A DNA stretch of 28,987 nucleotides. Source: Archangium sp. (GTDB lineage Bacteria > Myxococcota > Myxococcia > Myxococcales > Myxococcaceae). The stretch is from contig JANLPS010000054.1 of NCBI GenBank assembly GCA_031367385.1, positions 1 to 28,987 of the forward strand, read 5' to 3'. The notes beneath the pieces are model-generated. The model was not told where the DNA came from. It searched no databases and saw only the letters and a list, made by a program, of their open reading frames with translations. Shown one piece after another: positions 1 through 8,938 of the stretch. Each line of letters begins with the position of its first letter. Positions within the stretch are counted from its first letter, which is position 1. The position numbers were made by a program, and so were the translations under genes.

Positions 1-60
1 GCCTGGGAGGCCATGTCTGCGACGTGTTCTGGCACGCCAACACGCCACCGCCAACGCAAC

Positions 61-95
61 GAAGCCCAGCGAGCCACGAGGGCGCGCCGGGCTTC
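61..95 (-). terminator. Imperfect GC hairpin downstream of the M48 gene, possible terminator
   Basis: GAAGCCCAGCGAGCC...GGCGCGCCGGGCTTC inverted repeat with 2 mismatches, 17 bp past the stop at 113; the U-tract is weak. Confidence 0.3.
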
Positions 96-112
96 AGGGC
101 CGACACGAAACG

Positions 113-1192
113 TTACTTGGTTGCGGTCGCCTCAGCGGGTATCGCCGCCTTCACCTCGGGAGGAATGGCCGGAGCCGCGCCACCGGTGAAGAAGTCTTTG
201 TAGAAGTCGTCAGCCGCTTCGCTGCCCTCGGCCGGCTTGCCATTGCGCAAGGTGGTGAAGGCCTTCAAGCGGTCGACGTTGCCCGGGTGGTTGTTGAAGC
301 TCTTGCCACCTTGCTCGGCCTTGCGAATCACCTTGTCGAACTCATTGGTGTCGTAACCCGCGAACATCATCAGCTCGAAGCCCATCTTGTCGGCTGCGAA
401 CTCGGCGTCTTTGCCGGCGCCGAACGTCTTGCGCAGGCTGAGCACGCCGTTGGTCAGCGCGTCGATGAAGCCGCCTGCGCTCGGGTCGAGGCCCGGCTTG
501 TCGAACTCTTTCGCGAAGTCAGCCTGCGAACGAACCTCGGCGGGCAGCGAGTCACCCACGCCGTACTGAATGTACGCCGCGGCGGTGACGGCAGGCACGC
601 AGATGGTGTGCTTCACGCTGGCGTAGCTCTTCACGACGTCTTTGTTCACCACGTGGCCAATCTCGTGACCCAAGATCGCCGCGAGCTGCGCTTCATTCTC
701 AGCCAAGCGCATCAAGCCGGTGGTGATGACCACGTAGCCGCCGGGCGCCGAGAACGCGTTGATGCTGTCGTTCTCGATCACGCCGAAGACCCAGGGCAGC
801 TCGGGCCGCGCTGAGTAGCTCGCCAACAACCGGCCGACCCTGCCGACATAGGCATTGACGTCGTTCTTCGGGCCCTTCTTGACGATGACGTCGGCGGGCT
901 TGGTCTTCAGCTCAGGCAGCACCTGATCAGGCTCGGGCTCGAGCAAGAACGAACCGTTCTCTTGCGCCATGCCGACCATGATCGCGCCGCCGATTTGCTT
1001 CTCTTCTTCGAAGGGGATGTTGCCGTCGGCCGAAGGGCATTTTTTCACGGCCGCGTCTGCGGCTGCCTGGGCTTTGCTCAGCTTCTCTTTCATCGCGGCC
1101 ATGTCTGCCGCATTGGGCATCTTGCCGCCCTTGATCATCGCGCAGCTGTTGAGGAGCATCGCCGCGGTCGTCAACACCAGAAGTCGCTTCAT
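113..1192 (-). CDS. M48 family zinc metallopeptidase lipoprotein
   Basis: Lipobox LLNS-C; INAFSAPGG motif; HEIGH zinc motif after QLAAILG; E-x-x-A-D third ligand (AEFAAD); C-terminal HP..R (NHPGNVDR). Confidence 0.9.
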   Translation of the reverse strand: MKRLLVLTTAAMLLNSCAMIKGGKMPNAADMAAMKEKLSKAQAAADAAVKKCPSADGNIPFEEEKQIGGAIMVGMAQENGSFLLEPEPDQVLPELKTKPADVIVKKGPKNDVNAYVGRVGRLLASYSARPELPWVFGVIENDSINAFSAPGGYVVITTGLMRLAENEAQLAAILGHEIGHVVNKDVVKSYASVKHTICVPAVTAAAYIQYGVGDSLPAEVRSQADFAKEFDKPGLDPSAGGFIDALTNGVLSLRKTFGAGKDAEFAADKMGFELMMFAGYDTNEFDKVIRKAEQGGKSFNNHPGNVDRLKAFTTLRNGKPAEGSEAADDFYKDFFTGGAAPAIPPEVKAAIPAEATATK

Positions 1193-1695
1193 TTGCCACC
1201 AGCTTTCGGGAGACCCTGCTTCTTCGCGTGATCGACCAGGTCTTTGGGGGTGATCTTGTCGTTGATGCCTTCGAGCAAGACGACCTGCTTGCCGGCCTTG
1301 GTGAGATCAGGCGTCTTGGCGGCCTGCTTTTGACCCACCTCTGAGAGCGTTCGGGTCGCGGCGCCAGACGAGGCGAGCGAGCTCATCGTGGTGGGCTTGC
1401 CGTCAGAGGCGACCTCCATCGACGGCTTGGCGGGGCTCAAGTTGACCTGGAGCACGTAGCCGTCTTTGCCAGCGGCCTTCACCTTGTGAAAATTCTTGTC
1501 TTTCGCGTCGACACCGTTCCACGTCACCTCGGTGCCGGGCTGCAGCTTCGTCAGCACCGAGCCAGTGGCCGCCGGGGTCTTGAGCAGTGAGGCGTCTTTC
1601 GACCGAATGTAGAGCGTGTCGCCGGCCTTGACCGCCAACGCGGGTGTCGCCAAGAGCGCCGCGGCTACCGCGAGTCCTATTGCTTTTTGCTTCAT
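1189..1695 (-). CDS. Secreted SH3b-like domain protein with a helical C-terminal tail
   Basis: Start reset to ATG 1695 (AGGAGG at 1702-1707); signal peptide MKQKAIGLAVAAALLATPALA; SH3b-like pattern LLKTP..GSVLTKLQPGTEV...HKVK..GKDGYV; ATGA overlap with the M48 gene. Confidence 0.8.
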   Translation of the reverse strand: MKQKAIGLAVAAALLATPALAVKAGDTLYIRSKDASLLKTPAATGSVLTKLQPGTEVTWNGVDAKDKNFHKVKAAGKDGYVLQVNLSPAKPSMEVASDGKPTTMSSLASSGAATRTLSEVGQKQAAKTPDLTKAGKQVVLLEGINDKITPKDLVDHAKKQGLPKAGGK

Positions 1696-1720
1696 CTCAT
1701 TCCTCCTTGGAAAAAACGTT

Positions 1721-4120
1721 TTACTTCGAAAGCTCAGAAACCGGCTCCCAGTCTTGCGCCGGCGGGTGAACAGAAAGTTCGAGACACATCGCATGCAATC
1801 GCTGGCTGGGGCCGTCAGTCGGGTCAGCGTCGAGGGCCGTTTGTAGCACTCCTGCGGCTTCCTCAAACTTCCGGTTTCGGTAGAGCTCGAGGCCCTTGGC
1901 GTACTGCGCCAGCAGGTGGGCCTTTTCTCTACTCAGCTCTCCCTTCAAACAGACCAGCTCGTAGACGGTGACCGCGAGGGTCTTGCCGGCGACCCGCACC
2001 GCGTCGAGCTCGCGGGCCTCGATGGCGTGCCGGGCCGCCTCAAAGGTGCCGGGGCCGATCATGATCAGCGTGCCGAACTCCTTGTTCGCTCCCTCGAGGC
2101 GGGCGGCGAGGTTCATGCCGTCGCCAATCGCGGTGTAGTCGAGGAGCTGTTCAGAACCGATGTTGCCGACGACCATGGTGTCGGTGTTGAGCCCAATGCG
2201 GGTGTAGACGTCGGGCAACCCTTCTTTTCGAAAATCGTCACGCAGCGCGGCGATCGCCTTCTGTACCAGCAACGCCCCGCGACAGGCCCGTAGCGGGTGG
2301 TCTGCGTACTGCACCGGAGCCCCGAACAGGGCCACCACCGCGTCGCCGATGTACTTGTCGATGCAGGCGCCCTGGCCGGTCAGCACCGGCGTGACCGTCG
2401 ACAGGTACCTGTTGAGCAGCTTCATCAACGCGTGCGGCTGGTCGCGGTACTTCTCGCTGAAGGTCGAGAACCCCTTGATGTCAGAGAAGAAAGCGGTGAC
2501 GAGCATGTTCTCGCCATCGAGCGTGGGCAGCTTCTTCTGCTCGACCATCATGTCGACCAGGTCAGCCTCCATGTAGCTCGAGAACATCTCCTTGAGCCGG
2601 TCGCGCTCCTTGCGCGCGAACAGGCGCTCCCAGGTGCTGGCGAAGACCGAGGCGATGGTGCCGGCGAGGCCTGGCAACGCCGAGAGCACGTGCACCTTGG
2701 TCGCGACCAGAAAGCTGCCGGTGATGAGAAAAAAGCCGACGTACAGCAGCACCGGCCAGCCGATGTCGACGAAGGTGTTTCGAACGACCAGCACCAGGCT
2801 GACCGAAAAGAACGCCACGAAAAACGCGAACAGATACGAGACCCAGGTCGGCGCGGTGAGAATGAAGCGCCCATCGAGCAGGTTCTGCAGCACGGCCGCC
2901 TGCTTCACCACCGCCGGAGTCAGCTGATCGAGCGGCGTGGCCTTCACGTCGCCCGCGCCCACCGCGAGCCCGGCGATGAACACGTACTTGCCGGTGAAGA
3001 TCTCGCCACCGGGTGAGCCCGTGCTGTAGCGAATGACGTCGACCAGCGAGCGGGTATCGAAGCGCTCGTAGAGCCGGCCGCCGTAGTCGACCTCGGCGGT
3101 GCCATCGGGGTTCACCGGCACCACGTGGTCACCCAGCTTGAGCATGCCCGGTGAGAGCTCGACCTGATCAGCGCCGAAGGCATCGGCCGCCACCGCGAGG
3201 GGCAGGGTGACGTAGTTGTTTTCTCCGTCGGTGTACGCGAAGGCGGTGCGCCGCAGCTTGCCGTCTTCGTCTGACTCGAGCGTCACCAGCCCGAACCCCG
3301 AGGCGACCTTGAGCACCTCCGAGATCGCCGGCACCGGGTATTCGAGCAGCTCGTCTCCTGAGCCCCCAGGGGGCGGGGGTATCTTCGGCAGCTCGAGCCC
3401 CTTGACGATGATGGGAAAAGCGTACGCCTGCGCGGCCTGATGCCGCTGCTCGGCCAGGTCGGCCTCTTTCTTCGCAGCGGCCTCTTCAGGGGTCAGCTCG
3501 GGTGGAAAGTCGAAGGTGTCGGCGTCGGTCGCTTGACCCGCATCGGGTAATTCAAGGTCACGCTCGAGCGCGGCCAGGTGGTGCAGCCGAGCCTCGGGCG
3601 CTTCAACTTTGCCCAGCGGTTTCGCGCCAGGCGTGGTCGCGAACCCCACGTACACCGGCAACTCGACCGCATACATCGTCTGCCCGAGCGCGATGTCGCC
3701 GGTGATGTCAGCGTGGCGCGTGTCCATCACCGAGTCGAAGATCACCGCCTTGGCGTGTTGCTTGTCGAGAAAGGTGATGACGTCGGCCCAGATTTTTCGG
3801 TCGTAGGGGAAGCTGCCGTACAGCGTGCGCCAGGAGTCGTTGGCGTCGATCTCGGCGAAGCTGCGGTCGTCGATGCCGATGATGATGATGTCTTTGCTCT
3901 TGAAGACCTTGCCGATGCCGAGCGCCTTCGAGAAGGGCTTGTCGTTGCCGGTGAACTTCTTCAACCCGTCGTCGTAGGCCCCTCGCTCGGCGTCGCTGAT
4001 GTTGAACTGATCGTTCTCCCACCAGGCGCCCGCGCACACCGTCGCGACCAGCGACAATGCGAACATCAACGGGAGCCTGCGCTTGAATCGCAGCCAGAGC
4101 AGGCCGCCGAGCTTCCACAC
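1721..4120 (-). CDS. CHASE2-domain membrane adenylate cyclase (class III) with a C-terminal TPR-like segment
   Basis: N-terminal TM; CHASE2 motifs (IIIIGIDDRS, FPYDR..W, AKAVIFD, SDEDGKLRR, TPLD...V..QA); 3 TM helices; cyclase motifs FSDIKGFSTFSE, DKYIGDAV (Lys implies ATP specificity), YTAIGDGMNLAARLEG. Confidence 0.93.
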   Translation of the reverse strand: MWKLGGLLWLRFKRRLPLMFALSLVATVCAGAWWENDQFNISDAERGAYDDGLKKFTGNDKPFSKALGIGKVFKSKDIIIIGIDDRSFAEIDANDSWRTLYGSFPYDRKIWADVITFLDKQHAKAVIFDSVMDTRHADITGDIALGQTMYAVELPVYVGFATTPGAKPLGKVEAPEARLHHLAALERDLELPDAGQATDADTFDFPPELTPEEAAAKKEADLAEQRHQAAQAYAFPIIVKGLELPKIPPPPGGSGDELLEYPVPAISEVLKVASGFGLVTLESDEDGKLRRTAFAYTDGENNYVTLPLAVAADAFGADQVELSPGMLKLGDHVVPVNPDGTAEVDYGGRLYERFDTRSLVDVIRYSTGSPGGEIFTGKYVFIAGLAVGAGDVKATPLDQLTPAVVKQAAVLQNLLDGRFILTAPTWVSYLFAFFVAFFSVSLVLVVRNTFVDIGWPVLLYVGFFLITGSFLVATKVHVLSALPGLAGTIASVFASTWERLFARKERDRLKEMFSSYMEADLVDMMVEQKKLPTLDGENMLVTAFFSDIKGFSTFSEKYRDQPHALMKLLNRYLSTVTPVLTGQGACIDKYIGDAVVALFGAPVQYADHPLRACRGALLVQKAIAALRDDFRKEGLPDVYTRIGLNTDTMVVGNIGSEQLLDYTAIGDGMNLAARLEGANKEFGTLIMIGPGTFEAARHAIEARELDAVRVAGKTLAVTVYELVCLKGELSREKAHLLAQYAKGLELYRNRKFEEAAGVLQTALDADPTDGPSQRLHAMCLELSVHPPAQDWEPVSELSK

Positions 4121-4146
4121 GGGGGCGCACTGTAGGGGGTGTTTGC

Positions 4147-4911
4147 CTAAAAGCCGAGCCTTGACCAGTGCTCAGCGACCGCCTCGACAAAGAGCGCCGA
4201 GTGGGTCAGGGGCGCCATGTGCCCGGTGCCGTTCAGGTCTCGAACCGTCGCCTTCGGGTTGACCCGGGCCAGCTCATCGATCATCGCGCGCGACGAAATC
4301 GGAGATCGCGAGCCCTTCACCAGCGTCAGCGGTGCGCTCACCAGGTGATCAGCGAAGCTCGAGGGGTCGAAGAACACCGAGCGCACCTCTTGATACATCT
4401 TCCACCCGACCGAGCGTGAGAAGGCCTTCATCGCGTCAGGCATGCGCTCCCACGAGCCTGGCTTGTTCCAGAAATCGATGAAGTGGCCGAGCCAGGTTTC
4501 GCCACCACCCGCCTCGACGTCGTTGAGCAGCGAACCGGTCGCCAGCATCTCGACGGCCTGCGACACCGCCCCCGGGTCAGCGGTCTTCGAACGAGAGAGC
4601 GCGCCGAACAACACCGGCTCATAGAGAAAAACCGAGGCGACCCGCGCGCCCAGCATGGGCAGCAGCTTGAGCGCGATCAGGCCTCCATAGGAGTGGCTGA
4701 TCAGGTGCAGCGGGCCATTTGGCGGCAGCCGCCGCACGATGTTCGCCACGTCGTCATCGACCGTGACGGGCGTCGGCTTCGACAGCACCGGTAACGGAGG
4801 GTACCCGAGGTTTGCGGGCTTGAGCACTTCGAGACCGGCGGGCACGGGCGAGGCGTCCCACATCGAGGGGAGCGTGCCGGTGGAGTGGAGGAATACGACG
4901 GAGGTCGTCAT
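4147..4911 (-). CDS. Alpha/beta fold hydrolase
   Basis: VVFLHS oxyanion segment, nucleophile elbow SHSYGG, C-terminal GHMAPLTH. Confidence 0.85.
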   Translation of the reverse strand: MTTSVVFLHSTGTLPSMWDASPVPAGLEVLKPANLGYPPLPVLSKPTPVTVDDDVANIVRRLPPNGPLHLISHSYGGLIALKLLPMLGARVASVFLYEPVLFGALSRSKTADPGAVSQAVEMLATGSLLNDVEAGGGETWLGHFIDFWNKPGSWERMPDAMKAFSRSVGWKMYQEVRSVFFDPSSFADHLVSAPLTLVKGSRSPISSRAMIDELARVNPKATVRDLNGTGHMAPLTHSALFVEAVAEHWSRLGF

Positions 4912-5453
4912 TTTGAAGACGACGATTCCTTGGTGTGCACCATCGCGTACAGCGTCTCGGTGCGAACGAAGAGAAACGCGGTGTCGTTGCCGAGCGTGAC
5001 GATGTTGCTCTCGACCAATTCAACTTCGCCCTGAACCTTGTGCCCGTTGATCATCGTGCCGTTGGTCGAGCCCAGGTCGCGCAACCAGGCGGCGCGCTTC
5101 CACCCGTCCCAGCGTACGGAGGCGTGCTTCGAGCTGACCGACTCATCGGCGAGCTGAACGTCGGCTTCGACTCCGCGGCCGAGCAGAAATTCGCCTTCGG
5201 GGCTGTCGCGGCCGAGCCCGATGACCAGGCCCTGATCGAGCCCAAGCAACAGCGAGAGGGTGTGGCGGGCCACCGGGTGGCGGCCCCCGGTCTCGACGGT
5301 TCGGGTGAACTGCTTGTAGAGCGCCGCGCCCGATTGCTCGAACTGCGTGGCCCGCTGCAACAGCGCGAGCGGGCCGACCTCCTGCATCATCACCTCGAGG
5401 GGAAATGATGACAGCCTCTTGAGCGCTTCGAGCGAGGTCGTCACGTTTGGCAC
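4908..5453 (-). CDS. FHA domain-containing protein
   Basis: LLGR...SVSSKHA...LRDLGSTNGTMING FHA signature; start moved to GTG 5453 (or 5444) to avoid overlapping the upstream ArsR gene. Confidence 0.85.
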   Translation of the reverse strand: MPNVTTSLEALKRLSSFPLEVMMQEVGPLALLQRATQFEQSGAALYKQFTRTVETGGRHPVARHTLSLLLGLDQGLVIGLGRDSPEGEFLLGRGVEADVQLADESVSSKHASVRWDGWKRAAWLRDLGSTNGTMINGHKVQGEVELVESNIVTLGNDTAFLFVRTETLYAMVHTKESSSSK

Positions 5454-5467
5454 GTGCGCGAATCTAC

Positions 5468-5788
5468 TCACTTCTCGACGAACTGTCGCAACCGCTCGAG
5501 CGCAACGTCCCACTGGGCGGAGATCTGATCGAGCGCTTGGTGCGCCTCGGCCAGGCGGGCCGGGTCGAGGGCCCAGATGCTCTCGCGGCCCTGCCGTGCG
5601 CTGTGCACCAGCCCCGCATCGGCCAACACCTCGAGATGCTTGGTGATCGCTTGTCGAGTGACCTTCGACTTTTCACTGAGCCGGGCGATTGACCCCGGCC
5701 CCCCGCTCGAAAGCCGGTGGAGCAGCTGCAGACGGGTCTCGTCACCCAACGCGGCGAACAACGAGGCGGCGCTACTGGCTCGTGACAT
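5468..5788 (-). CDS. ArsR/SmtB family transcriptional regulator
   Basis: LFAALGDETRLQLL...TRQAITKHLEVLADAGLV...GRE winged HTH; ATG 5788. Confidence 0.9.
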   Translation of the reverse strand: MSRASSAASLFAALGDETRLQLLHRLSSGGPGSIARLSEKSKVTRQAITKHLEVLADAGLVHSARQGRESIWALDPARLAEAHQALDQISAQWDVALERLRQFVEK

Positions 5789-6224
5789 GGCGCGCGATGT
5801 TGTTGAGCTGTTCTGCCCACCCGCCGGCATTGGCGCGAAACGCTTCGGCTCTGCGGCCAACGGGTATGCGATCAAACCCCGACTCGATGACCGTCAGCCG
5901 CGTGCCCTCGGGCACCGCTTCGAGGCGAAACTCGACCAGCGTCGGCGTCTCACTCGAATAGTCGACCTTCGGGTCGAGCGCATAGGGGTGCCAGCGGTAT
6001 GAGAAGAAGTGCTCGGGCTCGATGCGGTCGACGATGAAGTCGAAGATGATGTGCTCGTAGGGCTTGAAGGTCAGCTGACCCTTCACCCTGGCTCCGGGTG
6101 AGAACTCGCTCTCGAGCTTCACCCCGAACCAGGCCCCGAACTCCGAGGCCGTGGTGAGCGCCTTCCACACCCGAGCTCTGGGTGCGCGAAGCAGAATTTC
6201 TTTTTCGATTCGATCGGTCGTCAT
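5772..6224 (-). CDS. SRPBCC (AHSA1/START-like) family protein
   Basis: IEKEILLRAPRARVWKALT..EFGAWFG...FSYRWHP...TLVEF.L....GTRL.V.ESGF; ATG 6224 with GGAGG RBS. Confidence 0.9.
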   Translation of the reverse strand: MTTDRIEKEILLRAPRARVWKALTTASEFGAWFGVKLESEFSPGARVKGQLTFKPYEHIIFDFIVDRIEPEHFFSYRWHPYALDPKVDYSSETPTLVEFRLEAVPEGTRLTVIESGFDRIPVGRRAEAFRANAGGWAEQLNNIARHVTSQ

Positions 6225-6228
6225 GATG

Positions 6229-6290
6229 CGCAACCTCCAGGTTGCGTAATGTCTATGGCGGTTGAATTTGAAATGCAACCATTTGGTTGC
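6229..6290. promoter_or_regulatory. Two copies of the palindrome GCAACC-N4-GGTTGC, putative ArsR operators
   Basis: CGCAACC-TCCA-GGTTGCG at 6229-6246 (covers the RBS of the SRPBCC gene) and GCAACC-ATTT-GGTTGC at 6275-6290. Confidence 0.7.
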
Positions 6291-6309
6291 GTACGTTGAC
6301 AGCTGGCGA

Positions 6310-6342
6310 ATGCGCGAGTATGCATATGCGTAATCATGCATA
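6310..6342. promoter_or_regulatory. Tandem ATGC-N8-GCAT palindromes over the ArsR start codon, putative auto-operator
   Basis: ATGC-GCGAGTAT-GCAT (6310-6325) and TATGC-GTAATCAT-GCATA (6325-6342), the second containing ATG 6336. Confidence 0.55.
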
Positions 6343-6671
6343 GCGAGCTCTTTCAGCTGCTGGCCGACCCCACACGACTGCGCATCGTCGAGGTCCTGGT
6401 GCAGGGAGAACGCGCGGTGAACGACCTGGTCGACGCGGTCGACATTCACCAGTCAGGCGTCTCGCGGCACCTGGGCATTCTGCACGACGCCGGCTTCGTG
6501 CAGGTGCGTGCCAGCGGCCCCAAGCGCCTCTATTCGTTGCGCCCCGAGCCCTTTCGCGAGCTCGACGCGTGGATCTCGCAGTACCGAACCCTCTGGAGCG
6601 CACGACTCGACCGGTTCGCGGCCGAGCTCGAGCGCCGACAAGCGACGAAGAAAAGAAAGGCAGCACCATGA
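6336..6671 (+). CDS. ArsR/SmtB family transcriptional regulator
   Basis: FQLLADPTRLRIVEVL..GERAVNDLV...QSGVSRHL.IL..AGFV. Confidence 0.92.
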   Translation: MHSELFQLLADPTRLRIVEVLVQGERAVNDLVDAVDIHQSGVSRHLGILHDAGFVQVRASGPKRLYSLRPEPFRELDAWISQYRTLWSARLDRFAAELERRQATKKRKAAP

Positions 6672-7156
6672 GCACCCAAGACCGACGAATCACGTTCGAA
6701 CGACACTTCACCGCCACCCTCGACGAGGTGTGGGACTTGTGGACAACCCCCGCCGGCATCGAGTCGTGGTGGGGCCCCGAGGGCTTCAGCGTGAAGGTGA
6801 ACAGCCTCGACCTGCGCAACGGAGGCCAGCTGCGCTACGCGATGAGCGCGACCGCGCCCGAGCAGATGGAGTTCATGAAGCGCGCGAACATGCCGCTGAC
6901 GACTCAGGCCCAAATCGTATTCGCCTCGGTCGAGCCCAAGCGCCGCCTGGCCTATGCGCACCTGACCGACTTCATACCCGGGGTGAAGCCGTATTCGGTC
7001 ACCACCAGCGTCGAGCTCGAGCCGACCGCGACCGGCGTGAAGATGGTGCTGCGAATCGACCCGATGCACGACGACGTGTGGACGCAGCGCGCCACCATGG
7101 GGTGGGAGAGCGAGCTGGGCAAGCTCGCCAAGGCCATCGCGGCTGGGCACCAGTAG
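6668..7156 (+). CDS. SRPBCC (AHSA1-like) family protein
   Basis: ITFERHF.A....VWDLWTTP.GIESWWGPEGF...DLR.GG...GWES.L.KL; ATG 6668 coupled by ATGA overlap to the ArsR stop. Confidence 0.9.
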   Translation: MSTQDRRITFERHFTATLDEVWDLWTTPAGIESWWGPEGFSVKVNSLDLRNGGQLRYAMSATAPEQMEFMKRANMPLTTQAQIVFASVEPKRRLAYAHLTDFIPGVKPYSVTTSVELEPTATGVKMVLRIDPMHDDVWTQRATMGWESELGKLAKAIAAGHQ

Positions 7157-7184
7157 ATCGCTCGTTGTCCTCCGGGCGAAAGCG

Positions 7185-8921
7185 GTGCAAGAGTCTCAAG
7201 TCGCCGTGGCTGCCCGAGATACCCTCACGCCGGTCTTGTTGCTCGGCGGAGGCGCCGGCGAGGCGACCTGCGGCATCTTGTACCTGGCCGGTTTTCTTCG
7301 GCGAAACGGCATCGAGGCATTCGTTCGGCTGTACGACGGCGATGAGACAGAGGCCGACATTCGCCGCACCGTCTCGAAGCTGCTCGCGCATGTGAAGCCG
7401 AAGCTGGTCGGCGTGAGCCTCAAGTGGTTCAACCACGTCTCGCGTGCGCTGCTGATCGCCAAGCTGGTGCGCGAAATCGACCCCGACGTGAAGATCGTGC
7501 TCGGGGGTGACAGCGCCTCGTATTACTGGCGCGAGCTCTCGGCCCACCGCTTCGTCGACGAGATCATTCTGGGTGACGGAGAAGTACCGCTGCTCTCACT
7601 GTGCCAAGGCGAGCGCGCCGGGCCCAACCTGGTCACCCGCTCCGCCGATGGCTCGCCGCGGAGGTTGCCGTTGCAGTACGTGCAGAACGGCTCGAACAAC
7701 GAGGTGTTCTATTCGCACTTCGACGAGATGTTCTTGAGCCAGCTCGATCAGTATTCGTTCTCTGGCTGGGTCGCGCCTGGCAAGGGCTGCGGTGAGAACT
7801 GCGTCTACTGCGCAGGGGGCCGGGGCCTGCAGCAAGCCTCCTTCGGGCGGCCCGATTCGTTTTTGCGGCCTGCCGAGAGCGTGCAGCGAGACCACCTCGA
7901 GATCGCACCGCGCACCTGGCAGCTGCGCTACGACTTCTCGGGTGGCACGGCTGAATTTTTGGGCCAGGCGTGGCGCGAGGTCGATCTCTCCAAGCACTCG
8001 ACGACGTATTTCTTGTGGGGCGTGCCGCCCAGGTCGCTGCTCGCCTCGCTCTCGAAGACCTTTGGCCGGGTGTATCTGGTGCTCGACATCGGTTGCTTCT
8101 CGGCCCTGCAGCGAACCGAGCTGATGCGCCGTGGGTTGCTCAAACCGTGCCCGACCGATCGCGAGCTGCTCGCCACCGTCGAGGCCTGTCGCGCGTACCC
8201 GAACCTGAAGCTCGAGGTGTGCGGCATCGGCGGGTTGCCGTTCACCAGCGCGAAGGCGCGAGCGCAAGAGGGCGCGTTGGTCGAACAGCTGCTCGGCATG
8301 GGCTGCGATGTCGGCTCTCAGCGCCTCGAGGCACAGCCCGGGGCCTTGGTGACGCAGCACCCTGATCGCTTCGAGATGGTGACCGACGCTCGCTCCTTCG
8401 AGGAGTTCGTTGATTGGTTCGCCCAACGCGGCCATGCGAGCGGCGGGGCGTTTCCAATGATTCGGTATGCCGACCCGAAGGTCGAGGCCGAGGTGCAACG
8501 CGCCGCCGACGAGCTGCAGGCAAAAGTCGAGCGCCAGGCGTTGAAAAAAGCGAAGCCGATCAGCGGGCGAACGAAGCTCGTCACCGCGATCGCCTCGACC
8601 CTCGAGGTGCAGTTGGGCGATTGGCTTGGCCGACACCTGGTGCCCAAGCGCTTCGCCGATGAGCCGGTGACGGTGATGCGGTCGGTTGACGGTGCGGGGT
8701 TGGCGTGTGCGCCACGGTTGAGCGAGCGCAGGTTCAGCGACCCGAATGTGCAGCAGGGCGCCACGGCCGAGGTGATTCTCACCGCGATACGTGCGTTTGC
8801 GAAGCCGGTGACGATTGATGCGACGATTGCCCGATTGGGGGTCGAAGCCGGGCTCGACCCCGACTCGGCGCGCGAGGTCATTGATCAGCTCGCGGCGGGG
8901 CGGTTTCTGCAGGAGGGGTGA
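7185..8921 (+). CDS. Cobalamin-binding radical SAM protein
   Basis: N-terminal B12-binding-like domain (GILYLAGFLRRNG...PKLVGVSL...KIVLGG..AS...VD.IILGDGEVPL) followed by GKGCGENCVYC (CxxxCxxC). Confidence 0.85.
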   Translation: MQESQVAVAARDTLTPVLLLGGGAGEATCGILYLAGFLRRNGIEAFVRLYDGDETEADIRRTVSKLLAHVKPKLVGVSLKWFNHVSRALLIAKLVREIDPDVKIVLGGDSASYYWRELSAHRFVDEIILGDGEVPLLSLCQGERAGPNLVTRSADGSPRRLPLQYVQNGSNNEVFYSHFDEMFLSQLDQYSFSGWVAPGKGCGENCVYCAGGRGLQQASFGRPDSFLRPAESVQRDHLEIAPRTWQLRYDFSGGTAEFLGQAWREVDLSKHSTTYFLWGVPPRSLLASLSKTFGRVYLVLDIGCFSALQRTELMRRGLLKPCPTDRELLATVEACRAYPNLKLEVCGIGGLPFTSAKARAQEGALVEQLLGMGCDVGSQRLEAQPGALVTQHPDRFEMVTDARSFEEFVDWFAQRGHASGGAFPMIRYADPKVEAEVQRAADELQAKVERQALKKAKPISGRTKLVTAIASTLEVQLGDWLGRHLVPKRFADEPVTVMRSVDGAGLACAPRLSERRFSDPNVQQGATAEVILTAIRAFAKPVTIDATIARLGVEAGLDPDSAREVIDQLAAGRFLQEG

Positions 8922-8938
8922 GGGGTGTGTCCGCGGCT

